Assembly (NCBI RefSeq): GCF_009834535.1
Contig: NC_045696.1
Coordinates: 42,162,001 to 42,226,000, forward strand
DNA length: 64,000 bases
Direction of reading: 5' to 3'
Origin: Camelus ferus
Taxonomy: Eukaryota
The stretch's first letter is position 1, and each line of letters opens with the position of its first letter. The position numbers were made by a program, and so were the translations under genes. Shown one piece after another: positions 1 to 13,542 of this stretch. The notes under the pieces were generated by a model, which worked only from the letters and a program-made list of their open reading frames with translations, did not search any database and was not told where the DNA came from.

Positions 1-70
1 GTCTACCCGTTTCAATGTTAATCTCATCCAAAAACCACATATAATAGTGTTTGACCAAAATATCTAGGAT
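1..70 (+). mobile_element. MLT2-type (ERVL) LTR fragment
   Basis: AATGTTAATCTCATCCAAAAAC...GTTTGACCAAAATATCT is typical of the 3' part of MLT2 LTRs. Confidence 0.6.
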
Positions 71-89
71 GTAATATCTGTATCAGCTC

Positions 90-830
90 ACACATACGGC
101 CATGTAGCTATGGATGACAATGATGTGTGGATCTAGGCTGCCTGCTCATGGAGCTGGCTTGAACCCTTAGGCCCTCTTCATGCTCAGTCTCAGGTGTTCC
201 ACTCGTATCTTATGAAGGCCTGCTGCTGGGCCCTCTGGTCTTATGATTTTGTGGGTCTGATGGCTTATGATCAGCATTTCTGGCACAGTATTCAGCTTGA
301 TGTCCTAGGAACAAGCTCTCCATCTCTGTCATGGCTCAGTAGTGCAGCAGAATTTGTTGTTTGTAAGGTGTATAATTTGCCACTGCAGGGGATATGGTAT
401 TGTTCTCTTGCTAATGCTGTTGTGAAGTTCACACCTTTTCCCACTACTGACACATCCAATGTGATCGTGACTACTGGTCATATGATTCAAGAAGCAGGGC
501 CACTTGCACCGTAACCTGGGCCTGCTCTCTCCTTTCCTGCTTTGGGCCCCATAGTAAATGGGTAGAAGTAATATCCCAGGTATGGAATATACTTCCTCCA
601 GAACTCGAAGAAGACTGTTACGTGTTATACTTCTTGATGAGAGGTACAAAGTAAAATAATCTATGCTTTGCTTTGGAGGAAATGTCCAGAATGCTCCAGA
701 CTACTAAGCCCCTAAAAATTTAACTGACATGACAGCCTCCTGAACATTTACAGAATTTATCTCCCACCTTCTCATCTTCTGTGGCATGCCTGGGTGGTCC
801 AGGCAGATGTGTATGGTTAACAACTGTTGT
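90..830 (-). mobile_element. Degenerate ERVL internal (pol RT/RNase H) fragment
   Basis: The reverse complement around 140-320 translates with stops to a peptide resembling ERVL pol 'GHQVTMRPELPIMNWVLSDPPSHKVGRAQQ..IIKWKW'. Confidence 0.65.
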
Positions 831-2633
831 CCATTCTAAGTGAATGTGAACTGTTCTGATCTGTTTTTGGGTAAGATTAGAAAATAATGCATTTGCGGAT
901 CAATTTGTAGAATATTCCTTAATTTTGATCAACCTATGACTCAGCAGTTTCATCCCTAGGTATTTATCTAGGAGATGTAAGCCACTGAGGAACTTTTATT
1001 GGGATTAAGCTAAATTGATAGATTTTGCTGTTGAAAAAATGATCTGAGAGAATATGAATGCATAAAAGTGAATAGGGTTAGAGGAAGTTTGAATCATAGA
1101 AACACTGGTAATTTTTGATAGAAATAATTAGGCAAAACCCCATCTTTAAATAAAGGTCCTAAAACCTAGCAGCCAGATTTTTTTTTCCCTCCAAGGAGAA
1201 TGTTTTTCATGAGCTACAGAATACATTTCCAGAATCTCTCTTGAGGGTTGTTCTTAATGCATTGTTTCTATATTTTTTCTTTTTTCTTTTCATTCTGTAG
1301 TTGATTATAACAGTTTATGTAGGAGATTCAGGAACAAAGCATGTAGTGAACATTGTGATGAGTTGGTTAAATCCCTCCACCTCAGGGGTGAACTCTAATC
1401 AGCTTGTCAGCTGGAAGTGCTGCCAGCAAGCCCTCCTCAATGTCAGCCCACTCAGAGGGACATGCCTCATGTGGAGGGCACGTCTCCCCTAAGCATGCTG
1501 TCTTCCAAGGGAAGCCAACACTCAAATGTAAAGGTTTATAGTGTAAACACCCTCTCACCCCAACGTGGCACAATCTAGCATCAGAATTCGCCATGGTTGG
1601 CTGAGGCTTTTTTTAAGACTTTATTGTAGTAGAACATGCATACTGAAGAGGGCACAAAAAGAGTATATAGATGAATAAGCGATTGCAAGGTAAACACACC
1701 CAACAGCTTTACCAGTAGCCAGAAGCCCACCTCACGTCCCTTCTCCAGCAATATTCCCTTCTTCCTCTCCAGCATTAACCACACTGGCTTCTGACATCAA
1801 AGCTTAGTTTGAAGTATGATTTTCATATGCTGAAACGCACAGATATTAAGCATACAGTTCAATAAAACTTAACAAATGTGTATACTTTTGTAAACAACCC
1901 TATCGAGACAGAAAGTATTTTCATCACTCCAGAAAGATGTCTCATGTCCCTCCCCAGACCATTCTCAACTCCCAGAAGCAACTGCTGCTCAGGTTTCCAT
2001 CACCATAGGTTAGATTTGCTTGTTCTGAAAGTTCATATAAATAGAAACACATAGCATGTGTTTTTGGGTGTGAGTGTGTGTGTGTGTCTGACTTCTCTTC
2101 ACTTAGCATAATGTTTTGAGATTCATTCTTGTTGTTGTGTATATCAGTAGTTTATCCTTTTTTGTGGCTGAGTAGCATAGCATTATATGAATATACCATA
2201 GTTTGTTTATATACTTTCCAGTTGGTGGACATTTGAGCTGTTTTTAACTTTTGGCTATAACTAGTAAAGCTACTGTGAACAGTTTGTACAGGTGTTTTTG
2301 TGCACACAGGTTTTCATATCTCCTGGATAAACACCTGGGAATGAAACTGCTGAGTCATAGGCTGAATGTATGTTTAACCGTTTAGGAGACTGCCAGCTTT
2401 CCATGTTACATGCGTACCTGTAATACATGAGAGTTCTTGTTGCTGTATGTCCTTGCTAATAATTGGTATTCTGAGTCTTCTTCATTTTATCCTTTTTAGT
2501 GGTTATGTAGTGGTAATCATTGTGGCTTTAACTTGCATTTCCCTGATGACTAATGAAGTTAAGCACTTTTTGGTATGCTTATTGGCCATTCCTATATCTT
2601 CTTTGGTGAACTGTCTTTTTTAAGAGTTTATTT

Positions 2634-2703
2634 ATTTATTTATTATTTATTATTTTTTTAAACATTTTTTATTGATTTATAATAATTTTACAATGTGTCA
2701 ATG
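2634..2703 (-). mobile_element. Ultra-short young L1 3'-tail insertion
   Basis: Matches the reverse complement of the L1 tail at ~22310-22361; TSD GAGTTTATTT at 2624-2633 and 2704-2713. Confidence 0.8.
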
Positions 2704-3265
2704 GAGTTTATTTTTGATGGGGTTCTTTGTCTTATTAGTTTCTTTAAATATTTTGGGGTACAAGATTTTTTGTGATAAATACATTTTACAAATATTTTCT
2801 CTCAATTTGTGGTTTACCTTTTCATCTCTTAACAGCATCTTTTGGTGAGCAGAAGTTTTTAATTTTGATTAAATCCAGTTTGCCATTTTTTTCTTTAAAT
2901 GGGCCTATTTCATGGTGTCCTGTTTAAGAAATCTTTATCCTAACATCACAAAGTTATTTCCATATATGTACACATACATATATGTATATGAAAATATTTT
3001 TTAATAGGATGTTTTAGCTTTTGTATTTAGGTCAATGATCCATCTCAAATTCATAATTGTGTATGGTGTAAGGTAGGGTTTTTTTTTTAAATGAGTTTCC
3101 AGTTGTTTTAGCACCATTTGATGAAAATGCTTTTCTTTCTCTATTAAATTGTTTAGAATCCTTGTCAAAAATAATTTCTGTGGGTCTATTTCTGAAATCT
3201 ATATTCTGTTACTTTGATCTATTTGTTGATTCATATGCTAGGTACCACACTATTACTGTATTTTT

Positions 3266-4480
3266 TATTTTTATTTTTTTATTGAGTATAGTTGCTGCAC
3301 AATATAATATAAGTTACAGGTATACAATACAGCGATTCACAGTTTTTAAAGGTTATGCTCCATTTATAATTGTTATAAAATATTGGCCTATATTCCCTGT
3401 GTTGTATAAGATATCTGTGTAGCTTATTTTATATACAATACTTGGTACCTCTTAATTCCCTACCCCTCTATTGCCTCTCACATCTTCTTTGTCTATTCAT
3501 TTGTTGATGGACACTTAGGTTGCTTCCGTATCTTGGCAACTGTAAATAATGCTGCCATGAACATTGGGGTGCATGTATCTTTTTGAAGTAGTGGTTTTGT
3601 TTCTTTTCGATATACACCCAGGAATGGAATTGCTGGGTCATGTGGTAGTTCTATATTGAGTGTTTTGAGTTTCGAGAAACCTCCATACTATTTTCTAACG
3701 AGGACTGTATCAATTTATATTCCCGCCAACAGTGTGCAAGGATTCCCTTTTCTCCACATCCTCACCAAAATTTATTTGTGTTCCTTTTGATGATAGCCAT
3801 TCGGGCAGATGTAAGGTGATACCTCATTGTGGTTTTGGTTTGCATTTCCCTCATGATTAGCAACACTGAGCATCCTTTCATGTGCCTGTTCGCCATCTGC
3901 ATGTCCTCTTTTGGAAAAATGTCTGTTCAGGTCTTCTGCTCATTTTTTAATTGGGTTGTTTGTTTGTATGATATTGAGTTATATGAGCTGTTTATGTATG
4001 TTGGATATTAACTGCTTATCAATCATATCATTTGCAAATATTTTCTCCCATTCTGTAGGTTGTCTTTTAATTTTGTCAGTGGTTTCCTTTGCTGTACAAA
4101 AGCTTTTGAGTTTAATTAGGTCCCATTTGTTTATTTTTGCTCTTATTTCCTTTGCTTTAGGAGGCAGATCCATAAAAATACTGCTTTGATTTATGCTAAA
4201 GAGTGTTCTGCTTATGTTTTCCTCTAGGAGTTTTATGGTTTCAGGTCTTACATTTGAGTCTTTAATTCATTTTGAGTTTATTTTTGTATATGGTGTTAGA
4301 GACTCTTCTGATTTCATTCTTTTGCATGTAGCTGTCCAGTTTTCCCAGCACCACTTATTGAAGAGACTGTCTTTTCTCCACTGTATACTTTTGCCTCCAT
4401 TGTGGTAGATAACTTGACCATGAGTGGATTTACTTTTGGCCTCTCCATTCTGTTCCATTGATCTGTTTTTGTGCTGGTTG
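3266..4480 (-). mobile_element. 5'-truncated cetartiodactyl L1 inserted into the older L1
   Basis: L1 ORF2 C-terminal peptides ([33 protein letters not shown]); TSD ATTACTGTATTTTT at 3252-3265 and 4481-4494. Confidence 0.9.
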
Positions 4481-5387
4481 ATTACTGTATTTTTAAAGTG
4501 AGTCTTGATGTAAGGTAGAGTAAGTCCTCCAATACTAACTTTAAAAAAAAGTTGTTTTAGATATTCTAAGTCCTTTGCATTTCTATGTAAGTTCAAGTTC
4601 TAGTGTCAGACTGTCAGATTCTACAAAGAAGTATGCCTGAATTTTTATTGAAATTGCACTGAATCAATAGATCAATTTGAAGAGAATTGATATTTTAACA
4701 ATGTTGAGCCTTCAATCTGGCCTGTGAACATGACATGGTATATACTTCCATCCTTTTAGGAAGGATCTTCCTTAATTTCTCTTAGCAATAAGTTGAAGTT
4801 TGTACTGTGGAGGTCTCACAAAGCTTTTAATTTACTCTAAGTATTTATTTTTGTATGCTATTGTAAATAGCATTAAAATTATTTTTCTGTTCATTGCTAC
4901 TATATATAAAAATACAGTTGAAGTTTTTGGGTTAACTGCAATCTGCAAATTGCTGAATTCACTTACTACTTTTAGTAGTTTTTGTTTTTTATATTACTAA
5001 AGATTTTTTTTTCATATATGCTATCATGTCATCACGAGTTAAGACCAATACACTTCTTTTTCCCTTAGCAGCATGCATTTCTTTTTCCCTTTCTTATTGA
5101 ACTGGGTAGGCTCTTGAACACAATGTTGAATAGAAATAATGAGAGCAGACATCTTCACCTTATTCCAATCTTAGGGAGAAAACATTTAATATTTTGCCAT
5201 CAGGAAAACATTAGCTAAAGAGTTTTCACATATGCCTTCATTAGATTGAGGAACTTCTGTTCTCTTCCTAATTTGCTAAGAGGACTTTTCCCCCCTTTCT
5301 TTGTAAAATCACAAATGAATGTTGTTTTGTCAACATTTTGCTTTTACCTCATCCTATAATTTTTTCTCTTTAAATCTGTATTGTAGT

Positions 5388-5851
5388 TGTTGCCAGAGAA
5401 TAGGCTCTTGTCTCACAAGGGAAAGACTTTAAGAGCAAGCCAGAATAAAGTGAAAGCAAGTTTATTTAGAGAGATTCACACTCCATAGACAGAGTCTCAG
5501 AAGGCCAGAGAGGCAGCCCCAGGTAACGTGATTGTTAGTTTTTATGAGCTGGGTAATTTCATATGCTAACAAGTGGGAGGATTATTCGAACTGTTTGGGG
5601 GAAGGGGTGGGAATTTCCAGGAATTGGACCCCGCCTACTTTTTGGCCTTTTATGATCAGCCTGGCAACTGTCATGGTGCCTGTGGGTGTGTCATTTAGCA
5701 TGCTGGTGTATTACAGTGAGCCTGGAATGAGGCTCAAGGTCTACTGGAAGTCCAGTCATCTGTCTTAGGCTGAGTTGGTTCTAACCAGTTTATCCTCAAA
5801 GCTGTGTCATTCTTTTAATGACTACGCCCTGCTTCCTTCCCTCCTGTCTCA
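5388..5851 (-). mobile_element. Solo LTR, ERV1 class
   Basis: TG...CA termini, 4-bp TSD TAGT (5384-5387, 5852-5855), TTTATT (minus-strand polyA signal) near 5461; interrupts host L1. Confidence 0.85.
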
Positions 5852-6291
5852 TAGTGAATTGTATTGTTTGTCCTGGTATGTTGAATCAACCTTGTTTTCC
5901 TGGGATAAATCTTACTTGATTGTGATGCATTTTTAAATATAATGCTGTAATTGATTTGCTGATATTTTATTACTATTTTTAAAAATCTGGACTATTGAGG
6001 GAAGTTGGTCTTCCAACTTTCATCTCCTTATATAATCCTTGTCTTATTTTGTTGTTAAGATTATGCTGTCTTCATGTGGTGACTTGGAAACTGTTCCTTC
6101 CCTCTTCTAGTTTTTGAAAGAATTTTTGTAGAATTGGCATTCTTTTCTTACTAGGTGTTTGATAGAATTCACCATTGAAGCTATTTGGGCGCTAACAGTT
6201 TTTAATTTAAAATTTTGATATTAAAGAAAAAAAAACAGATATAAGGCTGTTCAGATTTTCTGTTTGTTTTGTCAGTTTTGGTAAGTTGTAT

Positions 6292-6921
6292 TGCTGTGTC
6301 CTGCGAGCATATTGACAGTGATGTTGTTGGCTAGGACTGCCTGGGGAACTGCCCCAGCCTTGTAGAACCCTCCCTGCCCTCATTCGAAGAACACGCCCCT
6401 CACTCTAGTCGTGAGGCTGGGCCAATGCTGTGGCTGGGCTGGCTTTTGTGATTCTTATTATGATCACAGGATGTACTTTAGCAGAAACAAGAGAACAAGA
6501 TTTATTATTCACAGGTCCTTGAGGGTACACAGCATGCCTGAGGGCCCCACAGCAAGGTCTTAGTGGGGGAAGGGGGGGAACCTGGAACTCTGTCTTCATC
6601 AGGGTCTGAGAGTAAGGTGTCTGCGGCTTCCTGAGTTCACTCTTTATTGGTGAATTTAAAGCATGAGAACGGGAATTCATGTGTGTGAGGGGAGAAGTGG
6701 GAGTTACTTAAGCAGTCAGTTACCTAGGTAAACTAGGGCTTTCTAAAATTGGCATTTCATGAGTAGGAGTGGCCTGGTTCCTTATCTAGTTGCTTTGCTG
6801 TGTCATACAGCTGGCAATATGTTTATTTGAGATGGATATCTTTGAAATAGATGCCTCACAATCAAAAGCTTGATGTCACGCACTTACATTACAATTAAAA
6901 GCTTAATGTCAGGCATGTGAA
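6292..6921 (-). mobile_element. Solo LTR, ERV1-like (MER21/MER39-type)
   Basis: GC-richer block interrupting L1 (GGTAAGTTGTAT|...|TATTTTTCAAG); TTTATT at ~6501; internal direct repeat AAAAGCTT(G/A)ATGTCA. Confidence 0.65.
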
Positions 6922-7269
6922 CTATTTTTCAAGAAATGTATGTATTTCATGTAAGTTGTCACATTTATTGGCAAATGTTCTTCAAAATAACCTCTTCTTA
7001 TTCTTTTTAATATCTGTAGGATCTGTAGTAATATACTTCCTTTTCTGATATTTGGAAATTATATCTTACTTCTTTTTCTTAATTACTCTTGCTAGATATT
7101 TATCAATTTTGTTAATCTTAAAAAAACAAACCCTTGACCTTGTTGATTTGCATGTTAATTTTTAAATAGCCTTAGAATTTTAAATAATCTTATTTTTACT
7201 GATTTCTAATTTAATACTGATGTCAGCAGAGAACATCCTCTGTTAGATTTTAGTATCTTCACTTCTATT

Positions 7270-7909
7270 AGAAAGATTATAAGTGACATGGAATGAGGTA
7301 ATTAGACCTAATGCAACTTTTAGAAAGTAGACTTTACTTTTAGAGCAGTTTTTAGGAACTTAAGCAATTTTAAGAGCTGGTGAGGAAGTCTGTAGAATGT
7401 TGTTGCTTCTCTTTCTGGTGGCAGGTCTGAAGACACTATTGATCAGGGCTGATAGTGAGAAATACAAGCTGAACGTGAAGCAGAGAAGAGCAAGGACAAA
7501 CTGGGACTAGTGAGGACAAACTGGATCTTGCATCTCTTTACTTCCTCTAATCTTGAAAAAGTGAGTCACCAACAGAAGGAACTGACACCCTTCACCACAG
7601 AGGTGCACATGCATATAGTCCAGGACTCAGAGGAGGTAAAACAGAAGATCCAGTGGGAGCTCCAGATATCGCAGGACGTGTTGCTGTTCCATGAACACAA
7701 GATGAGCCAACAGACCAGGGACAGTGTTTGAGCTTCAAGGGTACTTAGTGCTCTACATCAGCCCTCAGAGTGTAATGGTTGTTGCTTCCCTTTTTCCCCC
7801 TAAATCTTACTCAGATTTCTCCTGTGGCCAATGCGGAGTTGAAACCACACAGAAAAGGGAGTTCTGGGTAACACTGGTTTAGCTATGTCAACACAGTACA
7901 AATTGACAC
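7270..7909. mobile_element. ERVL-type LTR (LTR41/LTR52-like)
   Basis: Ends with GAAAAGGGAGTTCTGGG...ACACA, a motif typical of this LTR group; interrupts L1. Confidence 0.5.
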
Positions 7910-9210
7910 AGGGATTTTGAAGTCTCCAATTAAGATTGTAGATTTGTCTTATGTCTATTGTTAGTTATATCTTTTCCATCCTTTTATCTTCAACTTGTCT
8001 ATTTTTAAAGATGTTTATTTTAAACAGCATATAGTTTTTTCTTATATTTTTGCCCATTCTGACATCCTTGCTTTTTAATCAGGGTTCAAAGTTTATTTAC
8101 TGTTAATGTCATTATTAATATGTTGGACTTAATTCTATTATCTTGTGTTTGTTTTCTATTTTCCTTTTATGCTCTATTTTCTTCTCTTTCTCCTTTTGTG
8201 TCTCTTCTCCTAAGTTATCTTTAGGATTCCGATTTCACCTCTGCTACTGACTTTTTATTACTGCCAAAGTTTTGAAAAATGTCTTCTGCTTCACAAACTT
8301 TATAAAAACCTTACAATTTTCACTCCTGCCTATTTTGCTTTTCTTGTTATATATTTTATTTCTGCATAGACAATAAACTCTACAATGGAGTATTACTTTT
8401 AACAATCAGTAGTATTTTAAAGAGATTTAAAAATGTATGAATAATATTTTAAAAAGTCCTATGTTTTCCATTGTATTTGCTTTTTTTTGGGGTGTTTCTT
8501 GTTTCTTCTTGCAGAACTAGATTTCTATCTGGAATCATTTCCTTTCAGCCTACCAGTATCTGCTTTTAGCATATCTTGTAAAACTCAGGTGTGCTGGGGA
8601 TTCATTCTTTCAACTTTTGTGTGTCAGAAAATGTCTTTATTTTACTTTCTTTTTTGGTGACTAGTTTTTGTGGTTATAAAATGCTAAATTAACTTATTTC
8701 TTTCAGCATTTAAAAAATGTTCCATTGTCCTCTGGATTCCGTTATTTTGGATGAGAAGTCAGTCATTCTTCTTATTGTTCCCTTTTACGTAATGTCCTAT
8801 TTCTTTTGTTACTTTCAAGGTTTTCTGCTTATCTTTGTTTTTCAGCAATTTGACTATGATGTAATTATGTGTAGTTTTGTTTTGTTTATTGTGCTTGAGT
8901 CCACTGAGATTCTTAAATCTGAGAGTTAATTCCTTTCATCAATTAAACAAAAATTCTCAGCCATATCTCTTTAAATATTTTTCTGACTTCCTCTTTATTC
9001 CTTCTTCTGAGACTCCAGTTATTTCCATGTGAGAGCAATTGCTATTGCCACACAATTCCTGGATACTGTCTCTTCTTTATTTACTTTCTTTTTTTCTCTT
9101 CATGATTTACTTTTAATAATTAATTTCAGTTCAGTGGTTTTTTTCTTCTTGTATCTCCAGTCTGCTGGTGAGCCCATTGAAAAATATCTTTATTTTTCTA
9201 ATTTTATTTT

Positions 9211-10316
9211 ATTTTTTATTATTTTTTTTTAATTTTTGAAGTTGAAGTATAGTTGATTTACAATGTTGTCAGTTTCAGATGTACAGCAAAGTGACTCAAT
9301 TATATAAATACACACAAACACACACACATATATGTTCTTTTTTATATTCTTTTCCATTATAGGTTATTACAAGAAATTGAATACTGTTCTCTGTGCTATA
9401 TAGTAGGTCCTTTTTGTTTATCTATCTTATATATAGTAGTGTGTATTGTTAATCTCCAACTCCTAATTTATCTCTTCCCCCAACCCCTTTCTCCTTTGGT
9501 AACTATAGTTTTGTTTTCTGTGTCTGTGAATCTACTTCTGGTTTGTAAATAAGTTCATTTGTGTCATTTTTTAAATAACAAGATTCCACATATAAGTGAT
9601 ATCATATTTGTCTTTCTCTGTCTGACTTACTTCACTTAGTGTGATAATCTCTAGGTCCATCCATGTTGCTGCAAATGGCGTTATTTCATTCTTTTTTATG
9701 GCTGAGTAATATTCCATTGCATATACATACCACATCTTCTTTATCCATTCATCTGTTGATGGACCTTTAGGTTGCTTCCATGTTCTAGCTATTGTAAACA
9801 GTGCTGCTATGAACACTGGGGTGCATGTATCTTTTCAAGTTATAGTTTTATATGGATATATGCCCAAAAGTGATATTGCTGGATCATATGGTAACTCTGC
9901 TTTGTTTCTTAAGGACCCTTCTAACTATTTTCCATAGTGGCTGCACCAATTTACATTCCCACTTACAGTATAGGAGGGTTTCTTTTTCTGTACACCCTCT
10001 CCAGCATTTATTATTTGTAGATTTTTAAAATGATAGCCATTCTGACTGATGTGAGGTGATAACTCATTATAGTTTTGATTTGCATTTCTCTAATAGTTAG
10101 GAATGTTGAGCATCTTTTCATGTGCCTGTTGGCTGTCTGTATGTCTTCTTTGGAGAAATGTGTATTTAGGTCTTTTGCTAATTTTTTGATTGGGCTTTTT
10201 TTTTTTGGTATTAAACTGTATGAGCTATTTGTATATTTTGGAAATTAATCTCTTGTGAGTCTCATTGTTTGCAAGTATTTTTTCTCATTCCATAGGTTGT
10301 CTTTTTATTTTGTTTA
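9211..10316 (-). mobile_element. 5'-truncated cetartiodactyl L1
   Basis: ORF2 C-terminus [42 protein letters not shown] at 9196-9210 and 10317-10331. Confidence 0.9.
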
Positions 10317-10529
10317 TTCTAATTTTATTTTTTTATTTCTAGTATTTCCATTAGCTTTTTATATAGTTTCCATTTCTCTTTTGAAATTCCTCATCTGTGC
10401 ACATATGTTGGTCTCCTTTTTCATTAGATCCTTTAATATGTTCATTATAGTTACTTTAAAATCCCTGTCTAATAATTATAGTCTCTGATTTATATTTGGA
10501 TCTGGTTTTATTGAATGTTTTCTCTCTGA

Positions 10530-10911
10530 ATTAGTCAGCTCAGCTGCAATAACAAGCCACAGACTGGTGACTTAAACAGACATTTATTTTCTCACAGTTC
10601 TGGAGGCTGGAAGCCCAAGTTCAAGCAGGCTGGTTTCTGGTGAGTCTTCCCTTCCTTGTTTGCAGATGGCCACCTTCTCATAGTGTTCTCATACGGCCTT
10701 TCCTCTCTGTATGCGCTGAGAGAGAGTAAGGTCTCTGGTGTCTCGCCTCTTATGAGGACACCAGTCTTACAAGATTAGGGCCCCACCATTATGACCTCAC
10801 TTAACCTTAATTCTTTCTTAAAGGTCCTCCCTCCAAATACAATCACATTGGAGGTTAGGACGTCAATACAGAATTTTTTTTAAGGGGGAGGACACAATTC
10901 AATTCATAACA
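10530..10911 (-). mobile_element. MLT1A-type MaLR LTR
   Basis: CACAGACTGG...TTTATTTTCTCACAGTTCTGGAGGCTGGAAG...GACACAATTCAATTCATAACA. Confidence 0.85.
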
Positions 10912-11139
10912 CTTTCCTAGGGATAGGTTACATGACCTTGCTTTTTTTGTGTGTCTCATAATTTCCAACTGAATTTTAGACTCTGAGTATAAAGAACATT
11001 AGATCTTGAAGTAAATAATATTTTTGCCTATAAAAGTCACGTTTTCTTTTGTCAGGCCACTAGGAGACTGAGTTATCTAGTCTATGGTTGATCTGGCTTT
11101 GGATTTAGTGGTTACTTCAGTTGGATTTTTTTTTTTTAA

Positions 11140-11490
11140 CACTGAGACTGAGATTTATAAAATTTCAGAACCTAGTTCATCAAAAGACACCAAAAACAGT
11201 CAAGCCACAGAATTCAAAAACATCAGCAATGCACACATCTGGCAAATGACTTGTATTGATAATATAGAAATAACTCCTACAAATCAATAAGATAAAAGCA
11301 AATAATCCAGTTAAAACAGAGAACTAAACAGGCACTTTACATAAAAGGATATCAATACAGCCAAAACACAAATAATGGTGCTTAATGCTAGTATTTATCA
11401 CAGAAAATCAAATGATGAACTTCAGTGAGAGACCACTGTAGATGGCCAAAGTCAAAAAGGTTGACAATCGCCAAGTATTGGTGAGAGTTT
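11140..11490 (+). mobile_element. Old L1 (L1ME-like) ORF2 3' fragment
   Basis: AACTCCTACAAATCAATAAG...AACAGGCACTTTAC..AAGGATATC motifs. Confidence 0.6.
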
Positions 11491-12596
11491 GGTATAGTTC
11501 GCCAATGGCTTCAGATTATTTGAAGGTGAGTTTACAGTCTTTCCCATAGCAGGCTTGGGATCTCTGTGTCTGGAGCTTTCCTTGCCCTTAGCATTCGGGA
11601 GCCTCACATGCCTGCCTGCCAGGAAATCTCTCTCAGTTATATTGTTGTCCTCAACCACAGGCGGCTGCTGCTGAGGCCCAGAGCGACCTTCAGCCCTGGC
11701 ATCCGAGAGGGGGTCCCTCTCAGCTGGCCTGCCCTTCCTGCAGCTGTCCACTCCTGTTACCTTCTTTCTACGCAGCAGAAGGGCTAGAGTTCCTGGGAGG
11801 TTTCTTTCCATTCTCCTATTCTGTTCTCAGACTTCAGCAGGCCTCACGTGCTTGAACCTCCCAGGATTTCTCTCAGCTCTTTTGCCCCATCCCAGCTCTA
11901 GGTGACCCCTTCTTCACACTTATTAAAGGCCTAGAGTGAATGAAGGGGTTCCGCTTAGTTTTTCTGCTCTCCGCTCAGACACCCATGTCTCTGATGCCTG
12001 AACCGCAGAGCATTCTTTCTCAGTTCCTCTGATCCAACTCCAGTCTTTCTTGTGAGCACATGGTGAAGGCCTATGGATAAGAGTTGGCAGTTGTGTGCAG
12101 ACTCTCTTTGTTTCTGGATTTTAGGGATTTGAGATCATCAGCATTAAAACTTTATTAAAAGTTCAACTGCTTTTTTCTCCCCTCTGTCTAAGGAAGCCTC
12201 TTGCTTTCCTTCTGCTCTACTACGGATGCTGGCAAGCAAAGGACTCTTCTTTCTTGGGAGTGTTAGCTAAAACAAAGGGTTAGATTGTCAAGCAGCTCAC
12301 AAGAATCAGAGCTATTAGCCAGTGTCAAGTTTTACTGATAATTTCAAGTACAGAGGTAATGAAGAGGCTCAGACAAAGCAACAGGAAACCTAAGATGCTA
12401 AGGGCAGCTCTCAGATTTTTCTTTTCTACATCAGACACATGCTCTCTAGTTCAGAGTAGATAAGACCTCCAAGTGAGGTACTGAGACATTATCTCATATA
12501 GTAGGGAGTATTTATTCTATGATACATCTCCATTTTATACCCTGGTGTAAGTGACATTCTCTAAGAAGCCATGGCTCATAAATCTATACATTCTAG

Positions 12597-13392
12597 GTTT
12601 ATTATTTTTATTTGGTTTATATAATTGACATACAGTATTATATTAGATTCAGGTATGCAGCATAATTATTCAATATATTTACATGTTGTGAAATGATCAC
12701 CATATTGACTAGTTGACATTCATCACCTTAATCAGCTACAATTTTTCTTTTTTTCTTGTGGTTTTAACTATTAAGATCTATCCCTTGCCTCTGGCAACTG
12801 TGAACTAATCTGTTATCTGTATGAGTTTTTTTTTTGTTGGTTTTTTTTGGTGGTTGTTGTTTGTTTTTTTAGATTCCACATATAAGTAAGATCATATAGT
12901 ATTTGTCTTTCTCTGTCTGACTCATTTCACTTAGCATAATTCCCTCAAGGTCCATCCATGTTGTCACGAAGGGCAGGATTTCCTTTTTATATGGCTGAAT
13001 AATATTCCAGTATATATCACATTTTCCTTATCTAGTCATCCATCTATGCACACTTAGGTTGCTTTCATGTCTTGGCTGTTGTAAATAATGCTACAGGGAA
13101 AATGGAGGTGCAGATATCTTTTTGAGTTAGTGTTTTTGTTTTCTTTGGATAAATACCCAGAAGTGAAATTGCTGGATCATATGGTAATTCTATTTTAGAT
13201 TTTTTGGGAACCTCCATACTGTTTTACAAGTGGCTGCGCCAATTTATATTTCTACCAATAGAGCAGGAGGGTTCCCTTTTCTCCACGTTGTTGCCAACAC
13301 TAATTATTTCTTATCTTTTTGATGATTGCCATTCTGACAGGTGCAAGGTAATATCTCATGTGGTTTGGACTTGCATTTTTCTGATGATTAGT
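12597..13392 (-). mobile_element. L1 3' fragment (L1MA-like)
   Basis: AGATTCCACATATAAG..GATCATATAGTATTTGTCTTTCTCTGTCTGAC; short TSD ATTCTAG (12590-12596, 13393-13399). Confidence 0.85.
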
Positions 13393-13518
13393 ATTCTAGC
13401 CGGCTTGCTGACTCTATTTCCTAAAGAATTACCTTCTGCCATCTGAACAGTTCAGTAGGATCTAGATGGGCATTCTCTGGACTGCTATATAATTCCCTGT
13501 TAAATCTCTCCCTCTCAG

Positions 13519-13542
13519 CAGTCATTAAAACCAATATTGCTG
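13519..13542 (+). pseudogene. Candidate 24-nt exon of the + strand gene remnant
   Basis: TCTCTCCCTCTCAG|CAG (NAGNAG acceptor) ... GCTG|GTAAGA; reads VIKTNIA in phase 1. Confidence 0.4.

Larger units (their letters stand above)
1610..12260 (-). mobile_element. Ancient, long fragmented L1 (L1M-type; 3' end to ORF2, ORF1 and 5' UTR) interrupted by many nested insertions
   Basis: T-rich L1 antisense motifs run in collinear order (3' UTR ~1.6-2.4 kb, ORF2 ~2.4-8 kb, ORF1 ~8.5-10.5 kb, 5' UTR-like ~11.5-12.2 kb). Host sequence resumes across each insertion. Confidence 0.75.

Noticed and set aside
194..649. Two 106-aa ORFs
   Set aside because: Off-frame or antisense readings of a decayed ERVL pol
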